From assembly GCA_023475565.1 (NCBI GenBank), contig JAMCVT010000104.1:11486-75485 (forward strand): a DNA stretch of 64,000 nt, given 5' to 3'. Both the position numbers and the translations under genes were made by a program. Source of the DNA: Actinomycetota bacterium (GTDB lineage Bacteria; Bacillota; Desulfotomaculia; Desulfotomaculales; Desulfocucumaceae). Shown here one piece after another: positions 39,662 to 51,871 of this stretch; position 1 is the stretch's first letter; each line of letters begins with the position of its first letter. The notes under the pieces are model-generated. The model saw nothing but the letters and a program-made list of their open reading frames with translations, was not told the origin of the DNA and did not search any database.

Positions 39662-40741
39662 ATGGAGGGTGTCATGCACAGGAACAATACCCGGGCCATT
39701 ATGGTGGGATCTGTCCGGGTGGGGGGCGGGGCGCCGGTTTCGGTGCAGTCCATGACCAATACCGACACCAGGGACGCCTCCTCCACCGCAGCCCAGATTA
39801 ACGAGCTGGCGGCGGCCGGGTGTGAGATAGCCCGGGTGGCCGTTCCCGATCAGCAGGCCGCCGAGGCCCTGGGCGAAATAAGAAGGAATATTTCTCTGCC
39901 GCTTATTGCCGACATACACTTTGACTACCGGCTGGCCCTTACTGCCCTGGAGTCCGGGATTGACGGGCTGAGGATTAACCCCGGCAACATAGGCGGCAGG
40001 GAAAAGGTTAAGGCTGTGGTGGAGGCCTGCAGGGAAAGAAAAATTCCCATCCGCATAGGGGTAAACGCCGGCTCCCTGGAAAAGGACCTGCTGGAAAGGT
40101 ACGGCGGGCCTTCGGCCGGGGCCATGGTGGAAAGCGCCCTGCGGCATGTGCGGCTGCTGGAGGAACTGGACTACAGGGAAATCAAGATTTCCCTCAAGGC
40201 CTCCAATGTGCCTATGATGATAGAGGCATACAGGTCCCTGGCTGAAAAGGCTGATTACCCCCTGCATGTGGGTGTTACCGAGTCGGGCACGGTAAGGTCG
40301 GGCACGGTAAAGTCTGCGGTGGGTATAGGGGCGCTTTTGGCCATGGGTATAGGCGACACCATAAGGGTTTCTCTCACCGGCCACCCGGCGCACGAGGTGA
40401 GGGTGGGCTATGAAATATTGAAAACACTGGGCTTAAGACAGCGGGGGGTGGAGCTTATTTCCTGCCCCACCTGCGGCAGGACAAGGATTGACATAATTTC
40501 CATCGCCAACCGGGTGGAGGATCTTTTAGCCGGTGTAGAGGCCCCTCTTAAAGTGGCTGTGATGGGGTGTGCCGTAAACGGCCCGGGAGAGGCCCGCCAC
40601 GCCGATGTAGGCATTGCCGGCGGCAGGGGGGAGGGCCTTGTTTTCAGGAAGGGCCGGGTAATCCGTAGGGTTCCGGAAGAATACCTGGTGGACGAGCTGA
40701 TGAAAGAGGTTAATGCAATTATTAATGGGACAGCCCCTTAA
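39662..40741 (+). CDS. ispG: 4-hydroxy-3-methylbut-2-en-1-yl diphosphate synthase
   Basis: [19 protein letters not shown] and ISCPTCGRT...[14 protein letters not shown] 39674 is an alternative start. Confidence 0.95.
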   Translation: MEGVMHRNNTRAIMVGSVRVGGGAPVSVQSMTNTDTRDASSTAAQINELAAAGCEIARVAVPDQQAAEALGEIRRNISLPLIADIHFDYRLALTALESGIDGLRINPGNIGGREKVKAVVEACRERKIPIRIGVNAGSLEKDLLERYGGPSAGAMVESALRHVRLLEELDYREIKISLKASNVPMMIEAYRSLAEKADYPLHVGVTESGTVRSGTVKSAVGIGALLAMGIGDTIRVSLTGHPAHEVRVGYEILKTLGLRQRGVELISCPTCGRTRIDIISIANRVEDLLAGVEAPLKVAVMGCAVNGPGEARHADVGIAGGRGEGLVFRKGRVIRRVPEEYLVDELMKEVNAIINGTAP

Positions 40742-40746
40742 GAATA

Positions 40747-40913
40747 CTTATACTGAAATTATTACCGGTCGGAATACAGAATTCAGAATTCAGAAGTCAG
40801 AATGCCTTAGGCATTCCTTACAAGTTGTTCCGTCTCCGGATTACTGCATGCAAAAAATCTGGATTCTGACTCCTGGCTTTTGGCTTCCGACCGCATAGAA
40901 ATTCAGAATAAGC
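40747..40913. repeat. heptad-armed element, copy E6 (inverted module order) with both outer flank modules
   Basis: The modules run CTTATACTGAAATTATTA, CCGGTCGGAATACAGAATTCAGAATTCAGAAGTCAGAAT, GCCTTAGGCATTCCTTACAAG, centre, GCATGCAAAAAATC, TGGATTCTGACTCCTGGCTTTTGGCTTCCGACCG, CATAGAAATTCAGAATAAGC. Confidence 0.9.
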
Positions 40914-40923
40914 TATTTTCGTA

Positions 40924-41004
40924 GTAGTTGCCTATACTGCAAGCGGCACCGTCAGATTATGAAAATACAAGGAATGCCCGGAATTCTGAATTCTGGGTTC
41001 TGAC
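40924..41004 (+). repeat. half copy of heptad-armed element, paralogous to 30620-30726
   Basis: GTAGTTGCCTATACTGCAAGCGGCACCGTCAGATTATGAAAATACAAGGAATGCCCGGAATTCTGAATTCTGGGTTCTGAC, followed by the 16-bp palindrome AATACTTATAAGTATT (41013-41028). Confidence 0.85.
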
Positions 41005-41050
41005 AGGAAAGCAATACTTATAAGTATTTTTACACCAAGGAGGAATTTAG

Positions 41051-42778
41051 TTGAGGGTTTCGGAAATGCTGCTGCCCACACTGAGGGAGACTCCGGCCGA
41101 GGCCGAGATAATAAGTCACCAGCTGATGGTGCGGGCAGGCTATATCAGAAAGGCCGCAGCGGGTGTTTACACCTTACTTCCCCTGGCCTGGCGGGTTGTA
41201 AAAAAGATTGAGGCCATTGTAAGGGAGGAGATGGACAGGGAGGGCGGGCAGGAAATTATGATGCCCATCATCCAGCCGGCCGAGCTCTGGCAGGAATCCG
41301 GGCGCTGGAATGTATACGGCCCCGAGCTGTTCAGGCTAAAAGACAGGCACGGCAGGGACTTCTGCCTGGGACCCACCCATGAGGAGATTATCACCGACCT
41401 GGTAAGGGGGGAGGTCTCCTCGTACAAACAGCTGCCCCTTCTGCTGTACCAGGTGCAGAACAAGTACCGGGACGAGAGAAGGCCCCGCTTCGGCCTGATG
41501 AGGGGCCGGGAGTTTATAATGAAGGACCTTTATTCCTTTGATAGGGATGAAGAGGGGCTGGAGGTGAGCTACCGGAAGATGTATAACGCCTATTCCCGGA
41601 TATTCCGGCGCTGCGGCCTCAAATTCAGGCCGGTGGAGGCCGATTCCGGGGCCATTGGCGGAAACGACACCCATGAGTTCATGGTGCTGGCCGATTCGGG
41701 AGAGGCGCTGGTGGTATACTGTCCCAAGGAGTCCTGCGGTTATGCCGCCAATGTGGAAAGGGCGGACAGCCCCCCGGACTTGACCGGGCCCGGGGAAGAG
41801 GCCAGGCCGGTCCAGGCTCTGGAAACTCCCGGCCTGCGCACGGTGGAGGAGGTAACCTCTTTTTTAAAAATTTCACCCAGAAAGCTTATTAAAACACTTA
41901 TATACAGTACCGATAAGGGTATGGTGGCGGCTCTGGTCAGGGGTGACCGGGATGTCAACGAGATAAAGCTCATGAAGGTGGTGGGCGCCATCAACATGGA
42001 GCTGGCCGCACCCGAAGAGGTGTCAAGGGTTACCGGTGCTCTGCCGGGCTTTGCGGGCCCGGTGGGCCTGTCAGGGATTAAGGTGGTGGCCGATCCCGAG
42101 GTGGGGGCCATTTCCAATGCAGTGTCGGGATCGAACAAAAAGGACGTCCACCTTGTCAATGTAAACCCCGGCCGGGACTTCAGGCCGGATAGTGTGGCCG
42201 ACATAAGAACCGTCAGGGCCGGGGACCCCTGTCCCCGGTGCGGCGCGGCCCTGGCCGGGGCCAGGGGCATTGAGGTGGGCCAGGTCTTTAAGCTGGGCGC
42301 CAAGTACAGCACGGTGCTGGGAGCCACCTTCCTGGATGAAAAGGGCCGGAGCAGGCCCATAGTGATGGGGTGCTACGGTATAGGGGTAACCAGGACCATG
42401 GCTGCGGCCATAGAGCAAAACCATGATGAGAACGGCATAATATGGCCTGTTTCCATAGCTCCCTTCCAGGTGGTGGTGGTGCTGGTCAGCGTTAAGGACA
42501 GCGGCCAGGCCGGCCTGGCGGAAAAGGTCTACCGGATGCTTACCGGTGCCGGGATAGAAACCGTTATTGATGACCGCAACGAAAGGCCGGGGGTCAAATT
42601 CAAGGATGCCGATCTGGTGGGGTACCCGGTGCGGGTGACGGTGGGATCAAAGGGGGTGGCCTCGGGTGAAGTGGAACTGCGCCTGAGAACGGGCGGGGAC
42701 ACAGCCATGGTTCCGGTGCACGAACTGGTAAGCAGGGTTTCCCGGATACTGGCCGGTGAGCAGGTGGCGGGTGAATGA
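41051..42778 (+). CDS. proS: proline--tRNA ligase (bacterial type with INS editing domain)
   Basis: Class II motifs [40 protein letters not shown] and GCYGIGVTR. The TTG start follows AGGAGG. Confidence 0.95.
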   Translation: MRVSEMLLPTLRETPAEAEIISHQLMVRAGYIRKAAAGVYTLLPLAWRVVKKIEAIVREEMDREGGQEIMMPIIQPAELWQESGRWNVYGPELFRLKDRHGRDFCLGPTHEEIITDLVRGEVSSYKQLPLLLYQVQNKYRDERRPRFGLMRGREFIMKDLYSFDRDEEGLEVSYRKMYNAYSRIFRRCGLKFRPVEADSGAIGGNDTHEFMVLADSGEALVVYCPKESCGYAANVERADSPPDLTGPGEEARPVQALETPGLRTVEEVTSFLKISPRKLIKTLIYSTDKGMVAALVRGDRDVNEIKLMKVVGAINMELAAPEEVSRVTGALPGFAGPVGLSGIKVVADPEVGAISNAVSGSNKKDVHLVNVNPGRDFRPDSVADIRTVRAGDPCPRCGAALAGARGIEVGQVFKLGAKYSTVLGATFLDEKGRSRPIVMGCYGIGVTRTMAAAIEQNHDENGIIWPVSIAPFQVVVVLVSVKDSGQAGLAEKVYRMLTGAGIETVIDDRNERPGVKFKDADLVGYPVRVTVGSKGVASGEVELRLRTGGDTAMVPVHELVSRVSRILAGEQVAGE

Positions 42779-43938
42779 CGGCAGGCTGCCGTAATATACT
42801 TATCCTTTCTGTCAGCGCCGGGGAGGGCCACATGAGGGCCGCCGGGGCGCTCAAAGCTGCTCTTTTAACGGTGCAGCCCGGCAGTGAGGTCATCATTCTG
42901 GACACCTTCAGGCACACCAGCCCGTTTCTGGAGAAAATAATACTGGGCGCCTACATGGAGATGCTTAAACGGACCCCTTACCTGTACGGCTACCTGTACA
43001 CCCAGTCTGAAAAGGGACGTACCCTGTCCGGCTTTGCCAAGGAGGAATTCAACCGCCTGCTGAGCAGGTTTTCTGCGGCCAGGCTGCTGGAATATATAAA
43101 AAAACAGCGCCCCGATGTGGTGGTATGCACCCACCCCTTCCCCCTGGGGGTTATTTCAACTGTAAAAAAATCCGGCGCCATAAGCTGTTTTTCAGTGGGG
43201 GCCATAACCGACCTGACTATTCACCCGTACTGGGTTTTCCCGGAAACAGACCTTTATTTTGTGGGCGCGGAAAAGCTGGCCGGGGACCTGGCCGGTTTCG
43301 GCATTCCCACAGAAAGGATCCATGCCACCGGCATACCCATAGACCCCTCTTTCGGTTCAGTGGCGGACAGAAATTCGGTTTTGGAAGGGTATGGCCTGGA
43401 CGGGAGCCTTGCCACCATACTTGTTATGGGCGGGGGGCTGGGTATGGGACCCCTGGCGGAGTCGGTAAAGGCTCTGGGAAACCTGGAAAGCAGCTGTCAG
43501 ATTATAGTTGTAGCCGGAAAGAATGTCCAGCTGAAGGAGAATGTCGACAGCATCGCCCCGGGGCTGAAAAACACTGTCCGGGCGCTGGGTTTTGTTAATA
43601 ATGTGCACCAGCTTATGGCCTCCTCGGACCTGATGGTCAGCAAGGCCGGAGGGCTTTCCTGCAGTGAGGCGCTGGCGTGCGGGCTGCCCCTTTTCCTGTT
43701 GGACCCCCTTCCCGGACAGGAGGAGCGGAACAGCTCCTTTTTAGAGGCCGAGGGTGCTGCCGTGGCTGTTTCCGGGGTGGGGGACCTGGCTGAAAAGATA
43801 TCGGCATGCCTTGCCCGGCCGCACAGACTGAAAGAAATGTCCGGAGAGGCTGCCCGGCTGGGCAGGCCGGATTCCGCGTTTTTGGCGGCAGGCCTTATAA
43901 ATAGCCTGTTCCAGTCTGCTGTTCCGGAGCTGGGATGA
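42775..43938 (+). CDS. GT28-type glycosyltransferase (MGDG synthase / UgtP-like diacylglycerol glycosyltransferase)
   Basis: [17 protein letters not shown]-terminus and the C-terminal [18 protein letters not shown] pattern. Confidence 0.75.
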   Translation: MTAGCRNILILSVSAGEGHMRAAGALKAALLTVQPGSEVIILDTFRHTSPFLEKIILGAYMEMLKRTPYLYGYLYTQSEKGRTLSGFAKEEFNRLLSRFSAARLLEYIKKQRPDVVVCTHPFPLGVISTVKKSGAISCFSVGAITDLTIHPYWVFPETDLYFVGAEKLAGDLAGFGIPTERIHATGIPIDPSFGSVADRNSVLEGYGLDGSLATILVMGGGLGMGPLAESVKALGNLESSCQIIVVAGKNVQLKENVDSIAPGLKNTVRALGFVNNVHQLMASSDLMVSKAGGLSCSEALACGLPLFLLDPLPGQEERNSSFLEAEGAAVAVSGVGDLAEKISACLARPHRLKEMSGEAARLGRPDSAFLAAGLINSLFQSAVPELG

Positions 43939-44047
43939 TCTAAACGGCGGACTGCAATAAAAAGACCTGAGTTGGTATAAAATTTTATCAATAATGGCTA
44001 TTATAATATAAGAAGACCAGCCGGGGCTAATATTTTACAGCTTTTAC

Positions 44048-44076
44048 TTGTCAAGGTTTTTCCGTTGTGATATACT
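44048..44076 (+). promoter_or_regulatory. sigma-A promoter of the rimP-nusA-infB operon
   Basis: TTGTCA (44048-44053), 17-nt spacer, TATACT (44071-44076), with TGA immediately upstream as an extended -10. Confidence 0.6.
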
Positions 44077-44115
44077 AACTGTGTTTGGAGCAAGGAAACT
44101 GTTTTTTTTTCGAAG

Positions 44116-44209
44116 GAGTGGGTATTCCCCACTCTTTCGTCTTATAATATCCGGCTTCCGGAACAAACCCGGGAGTACAGGTGCCTCCCGTCAGGGAGGC
44201 GGTATTTTT
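44116..44209 (+). promoter_or_regulatory. rimP leader with two terminator-like hairpins
   Basis: The first hairpin is GAGTGGG-TATTC-CCCACTC followed by TTTCGTCTT. The second is GCCTCCC-GTCA-GGGAGGC followed by GGTATTTTT, 19 nt before the rimP ATG. Confidence 0.5.
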
Positions 44210-44227
44210 AAGCCAGGGAGGATTGTA

Positions 44228-44698
44228 ATGGCTGTTAAAAACAGCGTGGCCACTGTAGTCGCGGAATTAGCCGCTCCCGCCGCCGGGGAACTGGGCCTGG
44301 AGCTGGTTGATGTCGAGTTCCTTAAGGAGGGCGGCCGGTGGATTCTGCGGGTTTTTATAGACAAGGACATACCCGGGGGGGTCACCCACAATGACTGCGA
44401 GGCGCTGTCCCAAAGGCTGGATGTGCTTCTGGACGAGGCTGACCACATCTCTCAAACATACTATCTGGAAGTATCATCACCCGGGATAGAGAGGCCCCTT
44501 AAGAAGCAGGAGGACTTCCGGAAATTTGCCGGGCATATGGTCAACATAACCACCTACGCGCCGCTGGCGGGCCGGAAAAAATTTACCGGAAAGCTTGAGG
44601 GAACAGGTGAAGGAGTGCTTTTGATCGAGGAAGAAGGCAGGAGCATAACTATTCCCATGGACCAGATTTCTTCGGCAAAGCTGCACGTTAAGATTTAA
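44228..44698 (+). CDS. rimP: ribosome maturation factor RimP
   Basis: ATG 44228 follows AGGGAGG. LGLELVDVEFLKEGGRWILRVFIDK is typical of RimP. Confidence 0.92.
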   Translation: MAVKNSVATVVAELAAPAAGELGLELVDVEFLKEGGRWILRVFIDKDIPGGVTHNDCEALSQRLDVLLDEADHISQTYYLEVSSPGIERPLKKQEDFRKFAGHMVNITTYAPLAGRKKFTGKLEGTGEGVLLIEEEGRSITIPMDQISSAKLHVKI

Positions 44699-44727
44699 AT
44701 TTCTTTATGGTTTGGGAGGCACAGGGG

Positions 44728-45873
44728 ATGAATACCGAATTTTTGGAAGCCCTTAATGATCTGGAAAAGGAAAAGGGGATAGCTGTCGGTGTTTTGCTGG
44801 AAGCTATTGAGGCGGCGCTGCTGTCGGCTTATAAAAGGAATTTCGGATCGCTGCAGAACGCCAGGGTCAGCATAGACAGGGATACCGGCGAATTTAAAGT
44901 ATATTCCCAGCGTACGGTGGTTGAAGAGGTTAGCGACCCCAGACTTGAAATATCTCTTTCCGGGGCCAGGGAAATCGACCCCCGCTATGATCTGGGCGAA
45001 ATAGTGGAAGATGAGGTTACGCCCAGGAATTTCGGCCGTATTGCCGCCCAGACCGCCAAGCAGGTGGTTGTACAGCGGATCCGGGAGGCCGAGAGGAATA
45101 TAATATACGAGGAATTCGCCAACCGGGAAGGGGATATTATCACCGGGGTTATCCAGCGGGTGGAGCAGAAAAATGTGTATATTGAGCTGGGTAAAACCGA
45201 GGCCATTCTGACACCCTCCGAGCAGATGCCGGGAGAGGAATACCGGCAGGGAAACAGGGTAAAAGCTTATATCGTGGAGGTCAAAAAGACCAACAAGGCC
45301 CCCCAGATTATTGTTTCCAGGACTCATCCCGGACTTCTTAAAAGGCTTTTTGAGCTTGAGGTGCCGGAACTTTACGAGGGGGTTGTGGAGCTTAAGGCGG
45401 TGGCCAGGGAGGCCGGTTACAGGTCAAAAATAGCTGTTTACTCCCGGGATGAAAATGTTGACCCGGTGGGCGCCTGCGTCGGCCCCAAGGGGATGAGGGT
45501 GCAGTCCATTGTTAACGAGTTAAACGGGGAAAAGATAGATATTATCAAGTGGAATTCCGACCCTTCCAAGTTCGTGGCCGCGTCATTAAGTCCTGCCAAG
45601 GTGGTGGCGGTGGAAATATGGGATGAGGAAAAGGTGGCCCGGGTGATAGTGCCGGATTACCAGCTTTCCCTGGCCATTGGCAAGGAGGGGCAGAATGCCC
45701 GCCTGGCCGCCAAACTTACCAACTGGAAGATAGACATCAAGAGCGAGTCCCAGATGGAGGAAATCTACCGGCAGGAGGGCTACGAGGAATACTACAGCGA
45801 GGACGGGGAGGCATATTCGGAGGAGGAATTACCCGAAGGTGATTTTGTGAGCAAAGAGGACTACGTCAAATAG
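44728..45873 (+). CDS. nusA: transcription termination/antitermination factor NusA
   Basis: N-terminal domain, S1 ([21 protein letters not shown]) and KH1/KH2 ([27 protein letters not shown]). Confidence 0.95.
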   Translation: MNTEFLEALNDLEKEKGIAVGVLLEAIEAALLSAYKRNFGSLQNARVSIDRDTGEFKVYSQRTVVEEVSDPRLEISLSGAREIDPRYDLGEIVEDEVTPRNFGRIAAQTAKQVVVQRIREAERNIIYEEFANREGDIITGVIQRVEQKNVYIELGKTEAILTPSEQMPGEEYRQGNRVKAYIVEVKKTNKAPQIIVSRTHPGLLKRLFELEVPELYEGVVELKAVAREAGYRSKIAVYSRDENVDPVGACVGPKGMRVQSIVNELNGEKIDIIKWNSDPSKFVAASLSPAKVVAVEIWDEEKVARVIVPDYQLSLAIGKEGQNARLAAKLTNWKIDIKSESQMEEIYRQEGYEEYYSEDGEAYSEEELPEGDFVSKEDYVK

Positions 45874-45884
45874 GAGGGGGAAAG

Positions 45885-46151
45885 TTGCCCAAGGTAAGAA
45901 AAATTCCTCAGCGGATGTGCGTTGGATGCCAGGAGATGAAGCCCAAGAAGGAATTGATCAGAATTGTGCGCACCCCCCAGGATAGTATAGAAATAGATAA
46001 CACCGGGAAAAAATCCGGCCGGGGGGCCTATATTTGCCCCCGTGTTGAGTGCCTGCAGCGGGCCAGCAAGGAAAAGAGACTGGAAAAGGCCCTTCAGAGA
46101 CAGATATCAAAGGAAATATACCAGGTGCTGGCAGAGAGGTTGGAGACATAG
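45885..46151 (+). CDS. ylxR: YlxR/RnpM family RNA-binding protein (DUF448)
   Basis: RMCVGCQEMKPKKELIRIV...GRGAYIC. Confidence 0.9.
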   Translation: MPKVRKIPQRMCVGCQEMKPKKELIRIVRTPQDSIEIDNTGKKSGRGAYICPRVECLQRASKEKRLEKALQRQISKEIYQVLAERLET

Positions 46152-46462
46152 TGGGTTCGGTGCTTAATATAATCAGCCTTGCCCGCCGGGCCAGGTGCGT
46201 GGAAAGCGGCGATGCCGCCGTGCGGGGGGCTATAGGCAGGGGAAAGGTCAGGCTTGTCATACTGGCCGGCGACGCTGCGCAAAGAACTAAAAAAGCCTTT
46301 GAACTGTTGGCGGGGGATGCCGGGATACCCCTGATAGTATATGGAAGCAAGGATAGCCTGGGCAGGATACTGGGTAAGCCTTCCCGGTCGGTGGTGGCAG
46401 TTACCGACCAGAATCTTGCCAAAGGGATAGTTGGGGCTATGGAAAAGGGGGGCATGGATTGA
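46151..46462 (+). CDS. ylxQ: L7Ae/YlxQ family ribosomal-protein-like RNA-binding protein
   Basis: GTG 46151 overlaps the ylxR stop by 1 nt. GLARRARCVESGDAAV...LVILAGDAA. Confidence 0.8.
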   Translation: MGSVLNIISLARRARCVESGDAAVRGAIGRGKVRLVILAGDAAQRTKKAFELLAGDAGIPLIVYGSKDSLGRILGKPSRSVVAVTDQNLAKGIVGAMEKGGMD

Positions 46463-46528
46463 ATAACAGAGGAAGCAGTTGTTGTACAGCTTTTAAGATT
46501 AATCCGGTTAAACATGGGAGGTGAATAT

Positions 46529-49500
46529 ATGGTAAAAAAACGGGTGCATGAACTTGCCAAAGAACTTGACATAGAAAGCAAAGATATAATTAAAGGAATG
46601 ACACAACTGGGTATCAGTGTGAAGTCTCACATGAGTACCCTTGAGGATGGGGAGATAGAACGCTTTTTGAATACATTCCATAATAAGGGACAGAGTCCCG
46701 CTGGAACCCCGAAGGTGAATAATAGACCTCCCGCCGCCCAGCCTGCCGGAGTACCCGCGCCGGCTGCCGAAAAACAGCCGCCGAAAGATATGCCCCGCCG
46801 TGAGACGGCCCAGGAAGAAAAAGATGACAAAAAGCCGCCGATGGATAAAAGACGGCAGGATAGCAGAAGGGATCCCAGGTATGACCGGGGGCCGGGACTG
46901 GTTGACCGGGTGCCGTCACGCCCTCCTGACAGGAGGTTCGAGGACCGTGCCGCCCGTACGTCTTCACCGCCCAAAAGGCCGCAGCCTTCCGCTCCCCCCC
47001 ACAGGCAGGAGCCTGTGAGAAGCCACCAGCAATCTGAACCGGCCAAGGCTGCTCTTCCTGGGCGGACTGAGGGGCAGGATCCGGCTGACAGGGCTGCTGA
47101 CAGGTTCCAGCAGAGACCGGCCCCAGTGGACCAGCAGCAGGGTAAGGATAGACCCAAATATCCCGACCGCCAGAGGCCGGCAGCAGCCCAGGGGTTCCAG
47201 GATCAGCAAAGGGATCAGCGGCCGCCGGTGCCGGGAAACAGGCCGGCCGGTGAAGTAAAAAGAGAACAGGATAACAGGCCCGGCTTCAGGCCCGGGGGTG
47301 ACAACCGGGGCTTCCAGCAGCGGGGTCCGGCGGGAGGTTTCGACAGGCCCCGGCCTGATGGCAACCGCCCCCAAACTATGGGCGACAGGCCCAGAAATGA
47401 TGGGCCCAGGCCTGATTTTAACCGTCCTGGTCAGCCCAGGCCAATGGGTGACCGCCCTGGTCAGCCCAGGCCGGCCGGCGACCGCCCGGCCAGACCCCCC
47501 GGAGCCGGTGCGGGCAGGAATGCCCCCGGCAATAGGCCGGGAGGCGGCGCCCCTGTCTTAAAAGTTCCCAAGGTGCCCGAACAGGCCAAGGGTGTGGATA
47601 AAATTAAGGCCTCGGAAAAGTCCAGGACCAGGATCCAGCAGACCCAGGCCAAGGGCTTCGCCAAGGGCCGGGATAAAAGGGTTGAAAATGATAGCAACCG
47701 CGCCAGAAATTCAGCCAGAAGAAAAGGACAGCAAAAACCCAGGCCGGAACAGAGGCCCATGCCCCCCCTGGAGAAGAAGCCTGTTATAATAGGTGAATCC
47801 ATAACTGTTCAGGAACTGGCCGAGAAGATGAAAAAAAGCCCGGCGGAGCTGATTAAGAAGCTTATGCTGCTGGGCACCCTGGCCACCATAAACCAGGAAA
47901 TAGATGCGGACACAGCCACTATTCTGGCCGGGGATTTCGGCTTTGAGGTGGAGATCAGGATTGAGCTGGACGCTGAGGGCAGACTGGAGGTTGAACAGGA
48001 GGATAAACCGGAAGACCTTCTGCCCAGGCCCTGTGTGGTAACCGTTATGGGCCATGTGGACCACGGGAAAACCTCGCTTCTGGACGCCATCAGGGAAAGC
48101 AACGTCATTGCCACCGAGGCCGGGGGTATAACTCAGCACATTGGCGCCTACCAGGCTGAGCATAACAATAAAAAGATTACCTTTGTGGACACACCGGGCC
48201 ACGAGGCCTTCACAGCCATGAGGGCCAGGGGCGCCAACGTCACCGATATAGTGGTGCTGGTGGTGGCCGCCGATGACGGGGTTATGCCCCAGACCATTGA
48301 GGCCATCAACCACGCCAAGGCTGCCGAGGTTCCTATTATAGTGGCCGTTAACAAAATGGATAAGCCGGATGCCAGCCCGGACAGGGTCAAGCAGCAGCTT
48401 ACCGAATACCATCTGGTGCCCGAGGAGTGGGGCGGCGATACTATTTGTGTTCCGGTTAGCGCCAAGGCCAGGGAAGGGCTTGATGACCTTCTGGAGAGCA
48501 TACTCCTGGTGTCCGAGGTGAGCGAATTTAAGGCCAACCCCCACAGGGCGGCCCGGGGAACCGTGATTGAGGCCGAGCTTGACAAGGGGCGGGGTCCTGT
48601 GGCAAGCGTGCTGGTACAGAACGGCACCCTGCAGATAGGCGACAATATAGTGGCCGGCACAGCCTTCGGTAAGGTCAGGGCCATGATGGACGACAAGGGC
48701 AGGCGGATTAAAAAGGCCGCTCCTTCCACCCCGGTGGAGGTGCTGGGCTTCCATGACGTTCCCGAGGCCGGGGATGCCTTTTATGTGGTCAGGGACGATA
48801 AGACCATGAGGCAGATCATTGATAAGAGGGTCGTCAAGAAGAGACAGGAAGAGGTCAAGACAGTGAGCAGGGTTACCCTGGAGGACCTGTTTAAGAATAT
48901 CCAGGAGGGCCAGATAAAAGAGCTCAACCTTATCGTAAAGGCCGATGTCCAGGGCTCGGTGGAGGCAATCAAGCAGTCTCTGGAAAGACTCTCCACTAAT
49001 GAAGTAAAGGTCAATATAATCCACGGCGGGGTGGGGGCCATAAGGGAAACCGATATTATGTTTGCCTCGACGTCCAATGCCATTATTATCGGCTTTAACG
49101 TCCGGCCCGATGTCAATGCCCGCAGGGCCGCCGAGAATGAAAAGGTGGATATAAGGCTCTACAGGGTTATATACGATGCCATCAATGAGGTAAAGGCGGC
49201 CATGAGCGGTCTTCTGGAGCCCGAGCTGAAAGAGGTGGTCATCGGGCGGGTGGAGGTCCGCAAGGTATTTAAGGCCTCCAAGCTGGGCAACATTGCCGGC
49301 TGCTACGTGACCGAGGGGAAAATATCAAGAGACGCCGGTATCAGGCTGATCAGAGACGGCATAGTAATATATGAAGGCAAGGTGGACTCCCTAAAGAGGT
49401 TCAAGGATGACGCCAAGGATGTGGCCCAGGGCTACGAGTGCGGCCTGACCCTGGAAAATTACCAGGATATCCGTGAGGGGGACATGATAGAGGCGTACAC

Positions 49501-49531
49501 CACCGAGGAAATAAAGAGAGAGCTGGCCTGA
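46529..49531 (+). CDS. infB: translation initiation factor IF-2
   Basis: ATG 46529 follows GGGAGGTG. It has a Pro/Arg-rich N-terminal region and the G domain [29 protein letters not shown]. Confidence 0.96.
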   Translation: MVKKRVHELAKELDIESKDIIKGMTQLGISVKSHMSTLEDGEIERFLNTFHNKGQSPAGTPKVNNRPPAAQPAGVPAPAAEKQPPKDMPRRETAQEEKDDKKPPMDKRRQDSRRDPRYDRGPGLVDRVPSRPPDRRFEDRAARTSSPPKRPQPSAPPHRQEPVRSHQQSEPAKAALPGRTEGQDPADRAADRFQQRPAPVDQQQGKDRPKYPDRQRPAAAQGFQDQQRDQRPPVPGNRPAGEVKREQDNRPGFRPGGDNRGFQQRGPAGGFDRPRPDGNRPQTMGDRPRNDGPRPDFNRPGQPRPMGDRPGQPRPAGDRPARPPGAGAGRNAPGNRPGGGAPVLKVPKVPEQAKGVDKIKASEKSRTRIQQTQAKGFAKGRDKRVENDSNRARNSARRKGQQKPRPEQRPMPPLEKKPVIIGESITVQELAEKMKKSPAELIKKLMLLGTLATINQEIDADTATILAGDFGFEVEIRIELDAEGRLEVEQEDKPEDLLPRPCVVTVMGHVDHGKTSLLDAIRESNVIATEAGGITQHIGAYQAEHNNKKITFVDTPGHEAFTAMRARGANVTDIVVLVVAADDGVMPQTIEAINHAKAAEVPIIVAVNKMDKPDASPDRVKQQLTEYHLVPEEWGGDTICVPVSAKAREGLDDLLESILLVSEVSEFKANPHRAARGTVIEAELDKGRGPVASVLVQNGTLQIGDNIVAGTAFGKVRAMMDDKGRRIKKAAPSTPVEVLGFHDVPEAGDAFYVVRDDKTMRQIIDKRVVKKRQEEVKTVSRVTLEDLFKNIQEGQIKELNLIVKADVQGSVEAIKQSLERLSTNEVKVNIIHGGVGAIRETDIMFASTSNAIIIGFNVRPDVNARRAAENEKVDIRLYRVIYDAINEVKAAMSGLLEPELKEVVIGRVEVRKVFKASKLGNIAGCYVTEGKISRDAGIRLIRDGIVIYEGKVDSLKRFKDDAKDVAQGYECGLTLENYQDIREGDMIEAYTTEEIKRELA

Positions 49532-49581
49532 CCCCTTTGATGGTTTTAATGCAGGCCATCAGGGCATAATTTCCATGGGGG

Positions 49582-49947
49582 GTGAATCTATTGTCTCACA
49601 GGCCGGGAAGATTGGCGGAGGCCTTAAAAAAAGAGATTTCCGATATACTGATAAATGAGATAAAGGATCCTCGTATTGGCTTTGTCACCATTACACTGGT
49701 GGAAGTGACCCCGGATCTGCGCTATGCCCGTGTATATGCAAGCGTTTTGGGCAATGAGGAGCAGAGAAAATTAACCGCCGGGGCTTTAAGCAGCGCCACG
49801 GGCTATATCAGGTCGGAGATAGGCAAGAGAATAAGGCTTAAGTTTACCCCGGAAATTACCTTTAAGCTGGACAGCTCCATCGAGAGAGGCACCAGGATAA
49901 TAAAGCTCATCGAAGAGGTAAATAGCGAGGGAGAGTCCGGACAATGA
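49582..49947 (+). CDS. rbfA: ribosome-binding factor A
   Basis: [31 protein letters not shown] 49591 is an alternative start. Confidence 0.92.
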   Translation: MNLLSHRPGRLAEALKKEISDILINEIKDPRIGFVTITLVEVTPDLRYARVYASVLGNEEQRKLTAGALSSATGYIRSEIGKRIRLKFTPEITFKLDSSIERGTRIIKLIEEVNSEGESGQ

Positions 49948-50936
49948 ACAACAGTCTGAAGGAAATAGCGGCCGCAATTAAAAATTCATCCCGGGTATTG
50001 CTGTGCGGGCATGTTGTCCCCGACGGGGACTGTCTGGGCTCGGTGGCCGCCCTGGGACTGGTACTGGAAGGCATGGGCAAGAAGGTTGTCATGGCCAGCC
50101 CGGACCCGCTGCCGGAGAATCTTCTTTTCCTGCCCGGAGCCGAAAGGTTTTATACCGGCGGCAACGGGGCCGGGGCGGGCATGGACTTCGATACCTTCAT
50201 AGTTTTAGACTGCTCTGTGTCGGACAGGCTGGGCAGCTTTAAAAAGTATCTGGACAGGCAGCTGGCAGTTATTAACATTGACCATCATATGAACTCTTCG
50301 GATTTCGCGCACTATAACTACCTGGACCCCGGGGCGGCAGCCACCGGGGAAATACTGACCGATCTCATCGGTATTATGGGGGCCCGTATAGACCGGGAAG
50401 TGGCTACCTGCCTATATACCGCCATTGTAACCGACACCGGGTCCTTCCAGTATGAGAACACCTCCCCGGAAACCCTCAGGAAGGCGGCTATGCTTATAGA
50501 AACAGGAATTCAGGCCTCCAGAATAAATGTGCTGCTTTACGAGGAAAAGCCTTTTCAGAGTATACAGGTTTTGGGTGCTGTGCTGGACAGAATGAAAATA
50601 AGCGCCTGCGGAAAAGTTGCCTGGTCAGTGGTGGAAAAAGCTATGCTGGACAGCTTTTCGGCCGGCGTGGAACATACTGATGGACTGATTAATTTTTTAC
50701 GAACCTTAAAGGGCGTTGAGGTGGCCATTCTTATAAGAGAGATGGATACCGGAAAATACAAGGTGGGGTTTCGCTCCAAGGGAGAGGTTGACGTTCACCG
50801 CCTGGCCTCAAGGTTTGGCGGTGGGGGCCATATGCGGGCCTCGGGGTGTGTTCTCTCCGGAAAGCTTGATCAGATTACCGAGATGGTGGTGGGAGAGGCG
50901 GTCAAAGAGGTTTCCCAAAAGGGTACCGGCGGATGA
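49944..50936 (+). CDS. nrnA: DHH/DHHA1 phosphoesterase (NrnA-like nanoRNase/pAp phosphatase)
   Basis: [16 protein letters not shown] and GGGHMRASG. Confidence 0.88.
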   Translation: MNNSLKEIAAAIKNSSRVLLCGHVVPDGDCLGSVAALGLVLEGMGKKVVMASPDPLPENLLFLPGAERFYTGGNGAGAGMDFDTFIVLDCSVSDRLGSFKKYLDRQLAVINIDHHMNSSDFAHYNYLDPGAAATGEILTDLIGIMGARIDREVATCLYTAIVTDTGSFQYENTSPETLRKAAMLIETGIQASRINVLLYEEKPFQSIQVLGAVLDRMKISACGKVAWSVVEKAMLDSFSAGVEHTDGLINFLRTLKGVEVAILIREMDTGKYKVGFRSKGEVDVHRLASRFGGGGHMRASGCVLSGKLDQITEMVVGEAVKEVSQKGTGG

Positions 50937-51847
50937 ATGGCCTGATCAGTGTTTTAAAGCCTCCGGGTATGTCTTCCCACGATGTGGTTAACCGCCTGCG
51001 CTCTTTCACAGGAACAAAGAAGGTGGGGCACACCGGCACCCTGGATCCCGGGGCGGCAGGTGTTCTTTTAGTTTGCTGCGGCAGGGCCACACGCCTTATC
51101 GAGTACCTGGACCATAACAAAAAATACCGGGCCGAAATAACCTTCGGGATGACCTCATCCACCGGGGACTCCTTTGGGGAGCTGACTCCGGGGGATATGC
51201 CGGGAGATTTTTCAATGGAAAGGCTCTTGGATACAATCCGCGGCTTTACCGGGGAAATCAGCCAGGTGCCGCCCATGACTTCCGCGGTGCGCCACCAGGG
51301 AAAAAAACTGTACGAACTGGCCCGGGCGGGTAAAGTAGTGGAGCGCCGGGCCCGTCCCGTTAAAATATACAGCCTGGAAATGGCCAGGTGGTATCAGGAC
51401 CCCCGGAGGCCCAGGGCCTTACTGGATATAAGCTGCTCCGCCGGAACCTACATAAGGACGCTGTGCCAGGATATAGGAGAAAAAATGGGCTGCGGGGCCT
51501 ACATGAGCTTTCTTTTGCGAACCGGGGTGGGGGATTATGCCATTGCTGACGCGCACACACTGGAGGAACTTAACCATTTAACCCGGGAGGGCAGGCTGCA
51601 GGAGGCGGTAATAAGTGTGGAAAGGGCTCTCGCCTTTCTGCCTGAGGTGCGGATAAACGAGGGAACCTTAAAGCCCGTTTGCTCCGGCGCCACCCTTTAC
51701 CCCCCAGGCATAAAAGACTCCCCCGGGGGCATAGGGGAGGGCGCCCTGGCGGCTCTTGAGTGGGAAGGCAGGTATGTGGCGGTGGCCAGGGCCGCTTACG
51801 ATGACAGGGGAAGGCTTTGCTTTAAGCCTGAAAAAATAATTGTATAA
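50933..51847 (+). CDS. truB: tRNA pseudouridine(55) synthase
   Basis: GHTGTLDPGAAGVL catalytic Asp motif, with a C-terminal PUA-like region. Confidence 0.94.
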   Translation: MNGLISVLKPPGMSSHDVVNRLRSFTGTKKVGHTGTLDPGAAGVLLVCCGRATRLIEYLDHNKKYRAEITFGMTSSTGDSFGELTPGDMPGDFSMERLLDTIRGFTGEISQVPPMTSAVRHQGKKLYELARAGKVVERRARPVKIYSLEMARWYQDPRRPRALLDISCSAGTYIRTLCQDIGEKMGCGAYMSFLLRTGVGDYAIADAHTLEELNHLTREGRLQEAVISVERALAFLPEVRINEGTLKPVCSGATLYPPGIKDSPGGIGEGALAALEWEGRYVAVARAAYDDRGRLCFKPEKIIV

Positions 51848-51871
51848 GCATTTCAGGGGGTAAGCGGTATT

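Noticed and set aside
40742-41050. T-box riboswitch upstream of proS
   Set aside because: No T-box sequence (AANNNGGGTGGTACCGCG-like) or specifier/antiterminator arrangement is visible. The spacer is occupied by repeat elements.
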